A program made the position numbers and the translations under genes. Below are positions 16,733 through 34,517 of a DNA stretch of 64,000 nucleotides, piece by piece. Under the pieces are notes generated by a model. The model worked only from the letters and a program-made list of their open reading frames with translations, did not search any database and was not told the DNA's origin. The number at the start of each line of letters is the position of its first letter. Position 1 is the stretch's first letter. The DNA is from Eledone cirrhosa (Eukaryota), in NCBI GenBank assembly GCA_964016885.1, contig CAXHJY010000876.1:13158-77157 (forward strand), written 5' to 3'.

Positions 16733-17759
16733 TTGAGAGACGGAGAAAGAAAGTGGAAACAGAAGAAGAGAAGGAGAGGAAGAGAAGGGAAGAAGAGAGA
16801 GAAAGAGGAAGAAAAGATAGAAGAGAGAGAAAGAGGAAAGAGAAGAGAAGAAGAGAGAGAAAGAGGTAAGAGAAGAAGAGAGAGAAGAAAGAGAAGGAGA
16901 GAGAAAGGGGAAAGAGAAGAGAAGAAGAGAGAGAAGAGAAGAAGAAAGAGGAAAGAGAAGGAGAGAATGTGAGAATGGCTGACAGAGGAGGAGAGAGACA
17001 GAGAAAGAGATAAAAACAAAGAAACAGAGAGAAGAAACAGTCTATAACCAAATCGAAAGAAATGCCAAAAGATCGATATTCAGTTGGTAAAAGCGATATA
17101 TTAACATCTGAAGAGTGTTGGCTTCATCTACCACTTGTTGTCATCATGAAATGGCAGACGATAAATTTCTTAGAGGGAACAGCTACAGGTAAAATGGCGC
17201 TGAAATATGTATATATCTTAGAAGTTGTCGTCTGGTTTCTTTACATTTCTTTATTGTACAAAGCGTATAACGACGGATGTTGTTGATGACGATTGATGAT
17301 AATGGTGGTGGTGGTGGTGGTGGTGGTGGTGGTAGTTGTGAGGGTGGTGATGGTACTGGTGGTGGTGGTTGTGATGATGATAGTGGTGGTGGTGATTGTG
17401 TTGGTGATGGTGGTGGTGGTGATTGTGTTGGTGATGGTGGTGGTGGTGATTGTGTTGGTGGTGGTGGTGGTGGTGATTGTGATGGTGATGGTGATGGTGG
17501 TGCTTCTGAGAATGATGATGTTGATGATGATAGCGGTGGTGATGGTGGTGGTGGTGGTGTTTGTAAGGATGACGATGATGATGATAGTGGTGGTGGTGGT
17601 GGTGAGGGTGATGGTGGTGGTGGTTGTGAGAATGATGATGATGATGATAGTGGTGGTGATGGTGGTGGTGGTGGTGGTGGTTGTGAGAATCATGATGATA
17701 GTGGTAGTGGTGATGATGATAACGATGGACCTCCGTCGGTTTCGACAGTGAGTCTTCTT

Positions 17760-18100
17760 TTTACCCGCTTACTTCTGAGAAGGTCATGGGAGCAGAGTCC
17801 TAAGACACGCCTTACAGAAACTCCTATCAGAAGCAAAAATCTCCAAATGATTTGGCTGGATTCCGAAGCGAGACCAACCGAACTTATAGATGATATTAAA
17901 CAATTTTGTTCGGGGTAGTCTACTCTCAGTCTCCTTCTCGTTAGCTTTGCCCGTAAAATCTGTCCAGCTATTCTTTCCTTAGACATTATAATTATATGTC
18001 CGGAGTGCCAGAGCTGTGATCTTTCGATGCGGAGAAGTAGCGACTCCCTGATCTCCAAGCTGCGAGTAACATTACTCCAGAGGAACCCTATTTCAGGCGT
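17760..18100 (-). mobile_element. Decayed RTE-clade LINE 3' end
   Basis: Frameshifted translation ESLLLRIERSQLW.GHII.MSKERIAGQIL...PRTK...GWSRFGIQP...SDRS..KACLRTLLP*PSQK is typical of RTE ORF C-termini. Confidence 0.75.
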
Positions 18101-18129
18101 TTGTATTCGCGATCGTATTCTTTCGGCAC

Positions 18130-18290
18130 GGCGACGAATTGGCAGAGTCGTTAGAGCGTCGTATAGAATGCTTTGAGGTATTCGTTTCGACTCTTCACTC
18201 TCTGAGTTCAAATCCTGCCAAGGTCAACTTTGTCTTTCATCCATTCAAGGTTGATAAAAAAAAGTACCAGTCTAGTACTGGAGTTGATTC
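18130..18290 (+). mobile_element. Diverged SINE (related family)
   Basis: Contains tggcagagtcgttagagcg, ctgagttcaaatcc and tttcatccattcaaggttgataaaa..agtaccag. Confidence 0.75.
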
Positions 18291-18494
18291 CAGCTCTATA
18301 TATCTCTTTCTCACTTCCATTCTCTCATTCCTCTATCCTTCTCTGGAAGAAATTTACTGTATTCAGACCTGGCGATGAGATGGGCCTCGCCTGGTTTTAA
18401 AATGTCCAAGAAATGCCGTATGTCAATATGGCGCCTCCACAACTCCCTTAGGAGTTACAGATCCACCCATCCATCCATCCATACATACATACAT

Positions 18495-18664
18495 GGTGGC
18501 TGCCAACTCGTTTTCGAGTACGGCCACTACTTTATATCCATGTAGAACCCCTACCGATGCGCTGAACGAGTGTGATTTTTAGTCCAGCCAGTGACTTGAA
18601 AACTGGTACAAACACTACACTTGTGACAATTATTGACACATAGTGCTGGGCCCATGGTACCATG
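18495..18664 (-). mobile_element. 3' fragment of the non-autonomous RTE-derived element
   Basis: Aligns by eye with 19125 to about 19300 and has the same (ATGT)n tail. Confidence 0.75.
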
Positions 18665-18685
18665 GTACATTGACCATACATACAT

Positions 18686-19069
18686 ACATTGAAAACGTGC
18701 TCTGTTGTAGAGATCAGCTGCCCACTTGATGTCAACGTTGTAAGAAAAATACAAGAGAAGGAGGACATCTACGGATCATTGATGAGGAGTTTGCAGATCC
18801 AGTATCCAAGATACACCTTCAGCTTCATACCCATCATTATTGGAGCTACAGGTTATATACCAACTCGCTTGCACCAAAGTATAGCTGAACTTGGATTTGT
18901 GGATAAAGAGCGCAGCCTCCTAATTCATAGACTGCAAATGGCTGCGATAGCTGGCACCTTCAAAATTTGCAAAACATTCTTGCGATTCAATGAATGACAA
19001 TTTCTTTTCTTTTACCACCTTGCCACTAGGAAGGTGGCCCGTCAAAAATGTACTCGAAATTAAGAGAAA
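18686..19069 (+). mobile_element. 3' fragment of the same R4/Dong LINE family
   Basis: Encodes [28 protein letters not shown]...KICKTFLRF, nearly identical to the C-terminus of 54247-55542. Has the same 3' UTR ending gaaattaagagaaa and is flanked on both sides by (ACAT)n. Confidence 0.92.
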
Positions 19070-19124
19070 CATACATACATACATACATACATACATACAT
19101 ACATACATACATACATACATACAT

Positions 19125-19907
<783 letters not shown>

Positions 19908-19967
19908 TTATCTCGTCCGAAATCTCAAGCTCCTGTAAGTGTATTATAAATCGTTATTATGTATTTT

Positions 19968-20157
19968 ATGGTGGGTTGGCAGTATCGGTAGAGGGTCGGA
20001 CGTTATGCTTTGACGCATAGAATTACGGATCTTTCCATTCTGAGTTAAAATCCCGCCGAGGTCAACTTTGCCTTTCATCCTTATGGGGTCGATAAAATAA
20101 AGTACCAGTAATGTACTGGATAATTGCTGGCCTTGTGCCAAAAGTAGAAACAATTAT
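19968..20157 (+). mobile_element. Full-length SINE
   Basis: Matches the 191-bp unit at 11970. Confidence 0.85.
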
Positions 20158-20419
20158 GTATTTTATGGGCTCCACAGGTCACTGACATGGCTGCGTGGTT
20201 ACGAAGTTTGCTATGCAACCACGGGGTTTTACACAAACGCACACATACAAACACACATACACCCTCGCGCGCACACACAGACACACACACACAAACACAC
20301 ATACACACACACACCTTATTGGTAGCTATGATTCATAGAACAAGTAGAACCAGTGGTCCAGTATTTTGTGTGTATATACACACACATATATATATATATG
20401 TGCGCGCGCGTGTGTGTGT

Positions 20420-22263
<1,844 letters not shown>

Positions 22264-22691
22264 GATAACAAAATATCGTTATAGGTAATCCAGTTAGAGG
22301 TTATGAATACTTCGTATTATGGATAGTTTTAGCGTACGCGTTGTTTGACTCAACAAGAGGTTTACGTATGTGGAGAGTTTATGATTTCTCTTGTATTCCT
22401 ATGTAAGTTTATCTTGGAGTAATAATATTGTAAGAGTGAAGAATAACTTGGTCAACAGTACCAAAAAGGGTTTTATTTACAGTCTGACAATTGTTAACAA
22501 CGTATTAAAAATTGAGTGGCACTGCTTCAAGTGTTCAGCAATTTTTAGACAACTTAATCAGTGAAACAATTATCAGACTGTAAATAAAACCCTTTTTTGT
22601 ACTGTTGACCATGTTTTTCTTCACTCTTTCAATATGTTTATATATATATATTCACATATATATATACATGTGTGTGTGTGTGTGTGCGTGC

Positions 22692-22761
<70 letters not shown>

Positions 22762-23127
22762 GCACGCACACACATATCTATATATGCACGCATATTATTT
22801 CAAGCTGAAATTACGCACATCTCTTCTATATTTTTTCATGTTTAACCGATTTTCATAGAATCAATGAAATATATTGAATATGTTTGCATACAATATAAAA
22901 AATATATATAAAAAAAAAAATTTCAATATGCATGTTAACAATATGAATCCGTTTGATGTAGTTGAAATCTTATTGTAAATACACGTATTGCTTATTAGAT
23001 AAAAAAATGTTATGAAGTATCATTAATATTATAAAGTTTTTAATAGAAATAATATTAAGTTTAACGTCAATTGTACGTATAATTGTACTGCACGGGAATA
23101 CTGTTATAATGATAATACTTTTGTTGT

Positions 23128-23182
<55 letters not shown>

Positions 23183-23219
23183 GTTGTTGCTGTTGCTGTT
23201 GTTGTTGTTGTTGTTGTTT

Positions 23220-23955
23220 GTTTGATGACATTGCTGATGAAGACAATGAGAATGATGGTGATCTTGCTGATGATGATGCTGATGATGATGAAGGCAATGA
23301 AGTTGATGGTGATGAAGATAATGAGAACGATGCTGATAACGATGACGATGATGATGATGATGATGATGATGATAAAGATAATGAGAACGAAGACGATGTT
23401 AATGATGGTGATGATGATGATGAAGATAATCAGAACGATGATGACGATGATGATGATGATGATGATAATGATGATGATAATGAAGACAATACGAACGATG
23501 ATGATGTTGATGATGATGATGATGAAGATAATGAGAACGAAGCTGATGATAATGATGATGATAATGATGATGATGATGATGAAGAACGATGTTAAGGATG
23601 ATGATGATGATGGCGATGATGATGACGACGATGAAGAGTGATTATGATGGTGGAGGGGAGGCGGAGGAGAATAAGGATGTTGATGATGGTAATGATGATG
23701 ATGATGATGTTGAAGTAGATAATGACGTTGATGAAGAGTGATGATGATGATGATGATGATGATGATGTTGAAGTAGATAATGACGTTGATGATGATGATG
23801 ATGAAGAGTGATGATGATGATGATGTTGAAGTAGATAATGACGTTGATGATGATGATGATGAAGAGTGATAGTGATGATGATGATGATGGTGAAGAGGAG
23901 AGGGATGAGAATAAGAATGTTGATGATGGTAATGATGGCGATGATGATGATGATG
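23220..23955. repeat. (GAT)n-derived compound repeat
   Basis: Direct reading of the sequence. Similar tracts occur at 12846-13355, 17283-17720 and 41996-42441. Confidence 0.85.
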
Positions 23956-24236
23956 GGAACAGTCAGCAGAAAGGTTAAACTACAATATAGAATGAAACAA
24001 ACTAAATAATATTAAAAAAAAAATAAAATTCAATAAATAAAATAAAATTAATTAATTAATGAGAAAGGAATTGTTAAAGTGGAATAATTAGTGAACATGT
24101 CTTAAAGACTTCTCTTGGTTAGTTCACTGTGACGTGGTCTCACCCCACTCTCTCTTTTTGTGTGTATATATATATATATATGTTTATATATATGTGTGTG
24201 TGTATATATATATATATGTGTGTATATATATAAGTA

Positions 24237-24292
<56 letters not shown>

Positions 24293-24308
24293 TACATATA
24301 TATAAGTA

Positions 24309-24350
<42 letters not shown>

Positions 24351-24369
24351 TACTTATATATATATACAC

Positions 24370-24431
<62 letters not shown>

Positions 24432-24497
24432 CCTTAAGAAAATGAATAGATATATATATATATAACCTTAAGAAAATGAATAAAGATATATATACAT

Positions 24498-24553
<56 letters not shown>

Positions 24554-24994
24554 CACACACATGCAAATGATTGTATGTATGTATATATGTATGTGTGTAA
24601 GTATGTAAAATTGCTACATCAGAACAATGCCTTTTTCTTATCTCCCGCCATTAAAAAAAACACCAAATCTTTATGTTCACCATTTCCTAATTCATTGGCA
24701 CCTTTATACTCTTCCCCTCTCTTTATACTCTCCTCCGCTCTCTTTATACTCTCTCCTTCTCTCTACCTCTTCACCTGAATGCCCTCTCTCTTTAAACTCC
24801 CCTATATCTCTCTACCTCTTTACATGAATGCCCTCTCTCTCTACCTCTTTACCTGAATACCCTCTCTCTTTATACTCCCCACCTCCTCTCTCTACCTCTT
24901 TACCTGAATGCCTTATATCTTTATGCTCTCTCTCTCTCTCTCTACTCTTGCTTCTCTTGCCATATCTTTCACTCACACAATCTCTCTCTGCTCG

Positions 24995-25046
<52 letters not shown>

Positions 25047-25120
25047 ACCCCTCTACATCCCTTGTCTTCTCGCTCTCTGGCACATTTCCTTTTTTTTTTT
25101 TTGCATTCTTTCTATATGCA

Positions 25121-25152
<32 letters not shown>

Positions 25153-25153
25153 C

Positions 25154-25284
<131 letters not shown>

Positions 25285-25433
25285 CTCATTCTTTCTTCTT
25301 TCCTGTCGTAATGTTAAAGAAATCTTCTAGTTCCTTCTGTCTATTTAAAATACTTCGTATATATTTTTTGTTTTGTTTTATGGTATTACTTTAAAGAAAC
25401 TCTTTGTCGCAAAAGAATACATAGAAATAGCGA

Positions 25434-25481
<48 letters not shown>

Positions 25482-25491
25482 AAAGAGAGAT

Positions 25492-25548
<57 letters not shown>

Positions 25549-25867
25549 CGGAGTGAGAGAGACAGAGAAAAGGTACTTAGAGAAAAGGGGAGAAGAGAGA
25601 GAAAGAGAGAGAGAGAGAGGGGGAATTATAGAAAGGTAAGTGTGGGGATTAATTTAAAGAGAGGGGGGGGGGGAAGGAGGGGAGGAACGGAAGTAGCAGA
25701 CGATAAGGGCATCGTAAAAAGAAAAAAAAAAAATACAAACCAACAATAACAAAAGAATTTGATTAAAACTTATTCAAAGCAGGTATAGTAGCGACGACAA
25801 CGACAACACTAACAATAACAACAACAATAACAAACACAATAATAACGACAACAGTAACAGCAGTAGT

Positions 25868-25898
<31 letters not shown>

Positions 25899-26001
25899 AC
25901 TGTAACAGTTACAGCAATGAAAATATCCTTTTATTTACGTACAATGTCTTCAGTCGTTGCCCTCTCTCTCTGTTGTCATGGTGATGTATATAGTCATTAT
26001 A

Positions 26002-26063
<62 letters not shown>

Positions 26064-26090
26064 ATATATATATATATTGTATATATATAT

Positions 26091-26128
<38 letters not shown>

Positions 26129-26273
26129 ATATATATATATATATATATATATTGTATATATATATATATATATACATATATATATGCATACATATATGCA
26201 TATATAAATGTATATATATATATATATATATATTGTATATATATATATATATACATATATATGCATACATATA

Positions 26274-26382
<109 letters not shown>

Positions 26383-26461
26383 TATATATATATATTCATA
26401 TATATGCATATATATATATAATTAGTGCGTGTGTTTTATTGACAGTATAGCCCTTCCTAAG

Positions 26462-26504
<43 letters not shown>

Positions 26505-26514
26505 ATATATATAT

Positions 26515-26707
<193 letters not shown>

Positions 26708-26992
26708 TATATATATATACACTATCACCGTTTATATATGAAAGATATCGTCAATCGGCGATGATATTATATATCTATATGCCTGGCCATTGCTGGAGCA
26801 ATTTGATTATAAGTTGATTGGTTCAAACCACAACTTTGTCTAAACAACAACAACAACACAATAACAACTACAACACAATAACAACTACAACACAAGTCAA
26901 CAAGCTCGCTGTTGAATCTGCTAGAAATAGCACCCAAAAATGAACCATCAAATCACACCCTCATGAACACATTAGATAATGTAGTTCTAAAA

Positions 26993-27383
26993 CAGAGGTT
27001 CTCGAAGTGAGTGCTACCCCCCCCCCCCCCCCCCCACACACACCACCACCAATTTGGGGAGGGATGGCATTGAGAAGTTCAGGGGGCGCTGGGGTCGTTT
27101 CAGGTGGTGCTGAGGTAGATAGAGATGATATAATAGTATATTAAATATCAAATGATATATATTATATATATCTATTAATATATATTTATATATAATATAT
27201 ATATAATATATATTTATTCATACATAGTATATATTATATTACTTATTTATTATAAATTAACGATTTTATTTATTATATATTATTTACAATTTGCGTAGGT
27301 CTCTCTGGAAATAGAGTTGGAGGTGCTAGTGTATTACGTGGCCGTGAGGGGGCGGGTTTGTCGATAAAGTTTGCGAACCTCTA
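26993..27383. mobile_element. hAT (Charlie-like) non-autonomous DNA transposon / MITE
   Basis: Imperfect TIRs CAGAGGTTCTCGAAGT / AGTTTGCGAACCTCTA and a perfect 8-bp TSD TTCTAAAA (26985-26992 and 27384-27391). Confidence 0.85.
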
Positions 27384-28326
27384 TTCTAAAAGATAAACTC
27401 TTTCTGAAAAAAAAAAAAAAAAATGCTTTAATGATAGATCTGTTGGTTCAGGACTGGCCTAGGGCTATAAAACAACAACCTCTACAACAATTACTAATAT
27501 GTACATTACTTACATACAGAAAATGAATAACATAGCTCAATAACCGAGTTTTCGCTCTCTTTTCTTTCTCTCTTTCTCTTCCTCTGAACATCTCTCCTGC
27601 TTCCCTTCTTTTTCTTTCTCTTTTTCCTCTACCTCTCTAATTCTCTCCAGCTTCGCTTCTTTTTTCTTCTTTCTTCTCTCTGTTCCTCCGTCTATATTTC
27701 CCTCTCTGGCTCCATCACCTCTTCCTTGTGTCTACTGTCCAGACTGGAAGCTGTTGGTTGGCTAGTCTGGTGGTCGGTAGTGATTGATTGTGAAAACAAA
27801 TATTTACACTGATCAGGAATATAATATAATAAGAGGGTTTTTCTTCTCTTCGGCGATCGAATGTTTGAAAGTATGGGTGTCATCAACTATTTTTCTTTTT
27901 CAATATTATAAAATTAAATCAAATTATTTAACACTACAAGTGAAGTAATTCTTTCCCTTTTTTTTCAAATATATATATATATATAAACACACACACATCT
28001 ATGTATGTGTGTGTATCTGTGTCACTGTTTGTCTGTATGTGTGTTTAGTGCTTAATTAATCCATTGTTTTACGATCGTTTCAAAGGACAAAATGAACTAA
28101 GGTTTATATCTATACAACAATGAGTTCTAATGGGGTTATAAGTCCCACCTTAATTGAGTAGAATATATATATATATATATATATATATACGGTATATATA
28201 TATATATTATAAAGTAACAGGAGGCTGGACTGGTGTAATTCCTCAAAAGGTTTATTATACTATGATCATTTCAATGACCGGGTTCAATGGAATGACCAGT
28301 TCTATCCAGTGGTGAACCAACTAACC

Positions 28327-28390
<64 letters not shown>

Positions 28391-28689
28391 TGTATGTATG
28401 TATGTATGTATGTATATATATATATATGATACACACTCTTTCCCAGCTTCATCTATTTCCTCCCTACATTTATCCTTATTTCTGTCTTTGAATAAAGGGT
28501 GTAACCCGAAATATTATGAAATGACTTTCTTTCACATCTGAGCTTTACACCACTTATTCTCAATTTTTACCGTAATCTGTCATTTTCGCGCCCTCACTCT
28601 ACATACGCACACACACACACACAAGCACACACACACACATACACACACACAAATATATATATATATATATATGTGTGAGTATGTTTATA

Positions 28690-28726
<37 letters not shown>

Positions 28727-28888
28727 TTATATATATATATGATATATACATATATGATATATATATATATATATATGATATATTATTATATATATTTTAT
28801 ACATATATAACACACACACACACACACACATACAAACACACACAAATATATATATATATATATATGTGTGAGTATGTTTATATATATG

Positions 28889-28923
<35 letters not shown>

Positions 28924-29319
28924 GATATATACATATATGATATATATATATATATGATATATTATTATATATATTTTATACATATATAACACACACACAT
29001 ATATATATATATAGAAGCACTATAAAGACTCAAGATATCGCAGTCAAATTTCCCTAATACTAGACACCCCACCAAACACACCACAGCCCCTCAAAATAAA
29101 TAAATGAAACAAAACAAGAAATGCATGCTAGATACTGTGGTTTTGTATATGTTATATGTGGATGGTCACAACTGGAACGCCGTTTGGCATAGGTCTGTGG
29201 CTGGATCACGACTGAGCTGGACCTATGCAACAACAATGACAACAGCCACAAGAACAACAACAATGAATCTACTTGAACACTGTCACTATCTTTCTCTCTG
29301 TCTCTGCCCTTTCTCTTTC

Positions 29320-30059
<740 letters not shown>

Positions 30060-30173
30060 TTTATCTCGGGTTCAATCGGGGGTAACCACAGTAAGTAAGG
30101 TACTCAATACAAAGTCTTGTAGAAGCCTTTTTTATATTAAATATTTATATATATATATATATATATATAAATG

Positions 30174-30236
<63 letters not shown>

Positions 30237-31132
30237 TCTTTCTCTTTATCTCTCTGCTCCGTTCTTTCAATCCATTTATCCCTACCTCCAATCCGTCATT
30301 CATACATTCACTCATTCACTCATTCTCTCATTCATTCTGTTCGTTTATTCTATGCCATCATTCCGTTCTTCTCATTCATTCTGTTCGTTTATTCTATGCC
30401 ATCATTCCGTTCTTCTTTCCATCCTGTAATCCCCCCACAACTCTAACCCCCCCCCCCCCCTCTTGCACAGTAATATATATATATACACTTTATTTCTGTT
30501 GGTTCCTTCTTTCTCTCTGACTACCGTTTACAGCACTACTGAGACTACCTCAATTCACACACACACATACACACACATACACACACATACACATACATAC
30601 ACTCATACATACACGTATACACGCACATACATACACGTATACACACACACACATACACGTATATATACACACATACACATACACACGCATACATACACAC
30701 GCATACACACATTCATACACACATATACATACACACATACACATACATGCATACGCACACAGACACACATACATTCACACACAGGCACATATATACACAC
30801 ACATAGGCATACGCATACACACACATATATATATATACATATACTCATATACATACACGCACAGGTGTGCGCGTCACAAGACAACAAAGCATTACCTTTG
30901 TGTACGTGAGTGCGTGAACACACATACACATACGCACACATACACACACACACTCTCACACATACGTATATATACATATACATATATATATATATATATA
31001 CCGACAGGGAAAAAACATGCATTTGCATCGCCTGTATATAAAGCCCTTCTGTGTGTAGCCGACACTCGTATATATACAACCTATACATAATCTTTTCCCA
31101 GTACACGCTTATAAACATATATAATATATATT

Positions 31133-31169
<37 letters not shown>

Positions 31170-31186
31170 ACTTTCTTTTTATTTGC

Positions 31187-31237
<51 letters not shown>

Positions 31238-31412
31238 GTAAACGGTCATCATTATCCCCTCAACAAACCACCACCACCACCACTTCCACCACGACGACGA
31301 CGACCACCACCACCACCACCACCACCACCACTTCGACGACCACGACCACCACCACGACCACCACCACTACCACCATCACCGTCGCCGCCAATATCACCCA
31401 AACAGTAACAAG

Positions 31413-31857
31413 ATGAGTGCCGTTCCGAAGAACCTACGGCAGCCGGTTCTGTTCCTGAGCCACGGCGGTGGTCCCTCGCTCTTCATGGACGCCAAACAGT
31501 ATCCGAGTACGGGTGGCATGGACAAACATTCAGACGCCGCCCAGTTCTTTCGTGAATTGACGCGCACCTACCTGAGGAACCGACCGAAAGCGGTACTGGT
31601 GGTCAGTGCTCACTGGTCCGAACAGGTGGCCACGGTGATGGAGGACAAATCGCACACGCTCTATTACGATTATTACGGATTTCCAGATAATACTTACAAC
31701 CTAAAGTGGTCGGTATCCGGCGCTCCGGCCGTGGCTGCCCGGGTCATGCAGCTATTCAAAGCGAAAGGGATTACTTGTAATAATATTCACAGCAGAGGGT
31801 TAGATCACGGAGTATTTGTACCATTGAGTCTCATCTGGCCTAGAGCCAACGTCCCGG
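31413..31857 (+). CDS. DODA: First coding exon of a 4,5-DOPA dioxygenase extradiol-like (LigB/YgiD, class III ring-cleavage dioxygenase) gene
   Basis: The ORF from ATG 31413 carries family motifs PVLFLSHGGGP, PKAVLVVSAHW, YYDYYGFP and RGLDHGVFVPL..IWPRANVP. A strong donor G|GTAAG at 31858 (phase 1) lies where homology would continue into the V.QLSL motif. The exon is GC-richer than its flanks. Confidence 0.92.
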
Positions 31858-32041
31858 GTAAGAAAAACAAACTATTATTTCACAGTAAAAAATATATTTA
31901 ATTCATTTATCCATACTATATATATATTTTTTCTCTATCTTTCTATCTTTCTATCTTTCTATCTTCCTTTCTCTTTCTCCGTTTCTCTCACTCGGCTTCT
32001 CTATCTCTCTCACTCTCTCGCTTCATCTATCTATCTATCTT

Positions 32042-32182
32042 GTGGCGCCTCCCCCCTATTGGGGATTTCGATTGTTGAAATTGTTTGTTTTTATATTTTT
32101 TACACGACTGTATGTAAAATCCCCGGCATGTCTTTGTATTGTCCCCTTTCTTGTTGCGCCCTTGTGGCTAATAAAGAAATCT

Positions 32183-32231
<49 letters not shown>

Positions 32232-32716
32232 ACACGTTTTTATTGTATGTAAACTTCCCCCTTTGTATTTGTCCCCTTCTTTTGTGCCCCTGTGGCTAAT
32301 AAAGAAATATATCTATCTATCTATCTATCTATCAACTGATTTTTTCAAATACCACTTTGGAAGAAGAATCAGGATGGAGAGAGAGGTGCTGTACCCCAGC
32401 AAGTTTTATGAAAGGTGGGTGAAAGTGGCGAGAATGGCCCGAGTGAATGGGCCTTCTCTCTATATCAGCCTGTAGGTTGAGGAAAAGGAGGATGAGAAGA
32501 AAGGAGTACAAACTCTTCGTACTCCTGGAGATGAGGGTTGCACACTTTTTCGGGGGTATGTGTTACCCATATGTAATGTCTCCCCCTATTGGGGAAAATC
32601 GACTAACTTTTTAAATTGCATTTGTTATAATATTTTACACGTTTTTATTGTATGGAAACTTCCCCCTTTGTATTTGTCCCCTTCTTTTGTGCCCCTGTGG
32701 CTAATAAAAAAACATA
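32042..32716 (+). mobile_element. Three stacked 3' ends of a Tx1/L1-like LINE within a (TATC)n tract
   Basis: Copies at about 32042-32180, 32232-32309 and 32333-32716 share the 3' UTR ...tgtcccc.ttcttttgtgcccctgtggctaataaagaaa, each followed by (ATCT)n. The longest encodes FFKYHFGRRIRMEREVLYPSKFYERWVKV, resembling a Tx1 ORF2 terminus. Confidence 0.65.
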
Positions 32717-32956
32717 TCTATCTTCAGATATCTATCTTCAGATATCTATCTTTTCTCTCTGTTTCCCCCCCCTCTCTCTCTTTCTCTGTCTCTCTTACTC
32801 TAACGCTCTCTCTCTCGCTGACTCTCTCTCTCAATCTCGCGCTCTCTCTCTCTCTATCTATTTATCTGTCTATATTTGTACGTATATTACAAATGTATAT
32901 ATATATAAGTAGGTACGTATGTATGGATAAAAGCATCATCCATACATGCGCCCGTG

Positions 32957-33029
<73 letters not shown>

Positions 33030-33175
33030 ATTAAAATACTGGAGCGTGTTGGAGTTAAACACCCTCTTCGTATTATAGAAATGACAGTAAAAGGTATAGC
33101 TCAATGTAATTAAACAGAGCCGAAGAATTATGAAAATAAAACAAAGAAGCCTTCAATACATCAAAAGTCTTTATT

Positions 33176-33215
33176 AGCCAACAATGTTTCGTCCTATTAA
33201 GGACTCATCAGGGCA
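33176..33215 (-). ncRNA. Type-I hammerhead ribozyme
   Basis: Minus strand reads gcc-CTGATGA-gtcc-ttaata-ggac-GAAAC-att-GTT-ggc, followed by AATAAA. It lies in the (TA)n-flanked segment 33027-33230. Confidence 0.85.
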
Positions 33216-33545
33216 ATCAAAACCACAATATATATATATATATATTATATATGTATACATATCTATATATAGATGTATATACATCTAAATATAGATTATA
33301 CTCATACACATAGTTTGAATGTGTGTATTTGTATGCATACATGTCTCAATAAACAAATATACAAATATATATATATAGTTGTGTGTGTGTATGGGTGTGT
33401 ATGTATGTGTGTGTGTATGCGTTTGTGTGTGAGTACTGATCTATCTATCCGTAGGTCTATCTCTTAATCGTTCGAATTAATAATAAATGTGTGTGTGTGT
33501 GTATAATATATATATATGTGTGTGTATAATATATATCTTTATATA

Positions 33546-33599
<54 letters not shown>

Positions 33600-33672
33600 C
33601 AAAGAGATATTTAATTTGTTGGTAATTCAACAAATTTATTTTTAACAGATTCAAAGCACTCGACAAGTTTCC

Positions 33673-34001
33673 TGATATTAATAAATGGAAACTATATTTA
33701 TAAAACCATATTTATTCTATTATATATATTTCAAGGGTACCAAAAACTTTGGTACGCTCTCATCAGATAATATACAAAATTTGTTTCATAAATAGTAACA
33801 TACCCCAGAAACCAGACCTTATCGGTTCAGGTTCCAAACGGAATCTGAACTGATAAGGTCTGGTTTCTGGCGTTTGTTACTATTTATGAAACAAATTTTG
33901 TATTTTATCTGATGAGAGCGTACCAAATTGTTGGTACCCTTGAAATATATATAATAGAATAAATATGGTTTTATAAATATAGTTTCCATTTATTAATATC
34001 A
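33673..34001. mobile_element. Penelope-like near-perfect hairpin (about 160-bp arms, loop about 33836-33839)
   Basis: The arms are reverse complements, each contains a hammerhead, and (TA)n lies on both sides. Confidence 0.8.
33903..33959 (+). ncRNA. Type-I hammerhead ribozyme (mirror copy at 33715-33772, minus strand)
   Basis: ttttat-CTGATGA-gagcgtaccaa-attg-ttggtaccctt-GAAAT-atat-ATA-atagaa: all three stems pair, with an AUA cleavage triplet. Confidence 0.8.
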
Positions 34002-34025
34002 TTGATATATATATATAATATATAT

Positions 34026-34114
<89 letters not shown>

Positions 34115-34257
34115 ATATATTATATATATATATATTATATATATATATATTATATATATATATATTATATATATATATATTATATATATATATATTATAT
34201 ATATATATATTATATATATATATATTATATATATATATATTATATATATATATATTA

Positions 34258-34313
<56 letters not shown>

Positions 34314-34333
34314 ATATAATATATATATATATA

Positions 34334-34517
34334 CAATGAACACTTGTAGAGACCTATAAATACCATACTTATTTTTTGATACCCAGATTCCTGATGATTT
34401 CTAAAGAATGAAACAGTTCTAGTCCTGTAGAATCTCATCTATATTAAAACTTTTATACTCTGCAATGTATTGAGTACCTTACTTACTGTGGTTACCTCCG
34501 ATTCAACCCGGAATAAC
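34334..34517 (+). mobile_element. Penelope-like family B terminus with hammerhead-like core at 34391-34414
   Basis: CTGATGA-tttc-taaa-gaat-GAAAC. The 3' end gtattgagtaccttacttactgtggttacc is shared (reversed) with 30057-30143 and 53943-54136. Confidence 0.6.

Noticed and set aside
23218-23641. Asp-rich (aspein-like) ORF, and similar ones at 17277 and 41990
   Set aside because: A (GAT)n microsatellite with no non-repetitive coding context.
31858-31901. ORF tail GKKNKLLFHSKKYI as the DODA C-terminus
   Set aside because: It is read-through into the intron after the GTAAG donor, and the protein would lack its C-terminal half.
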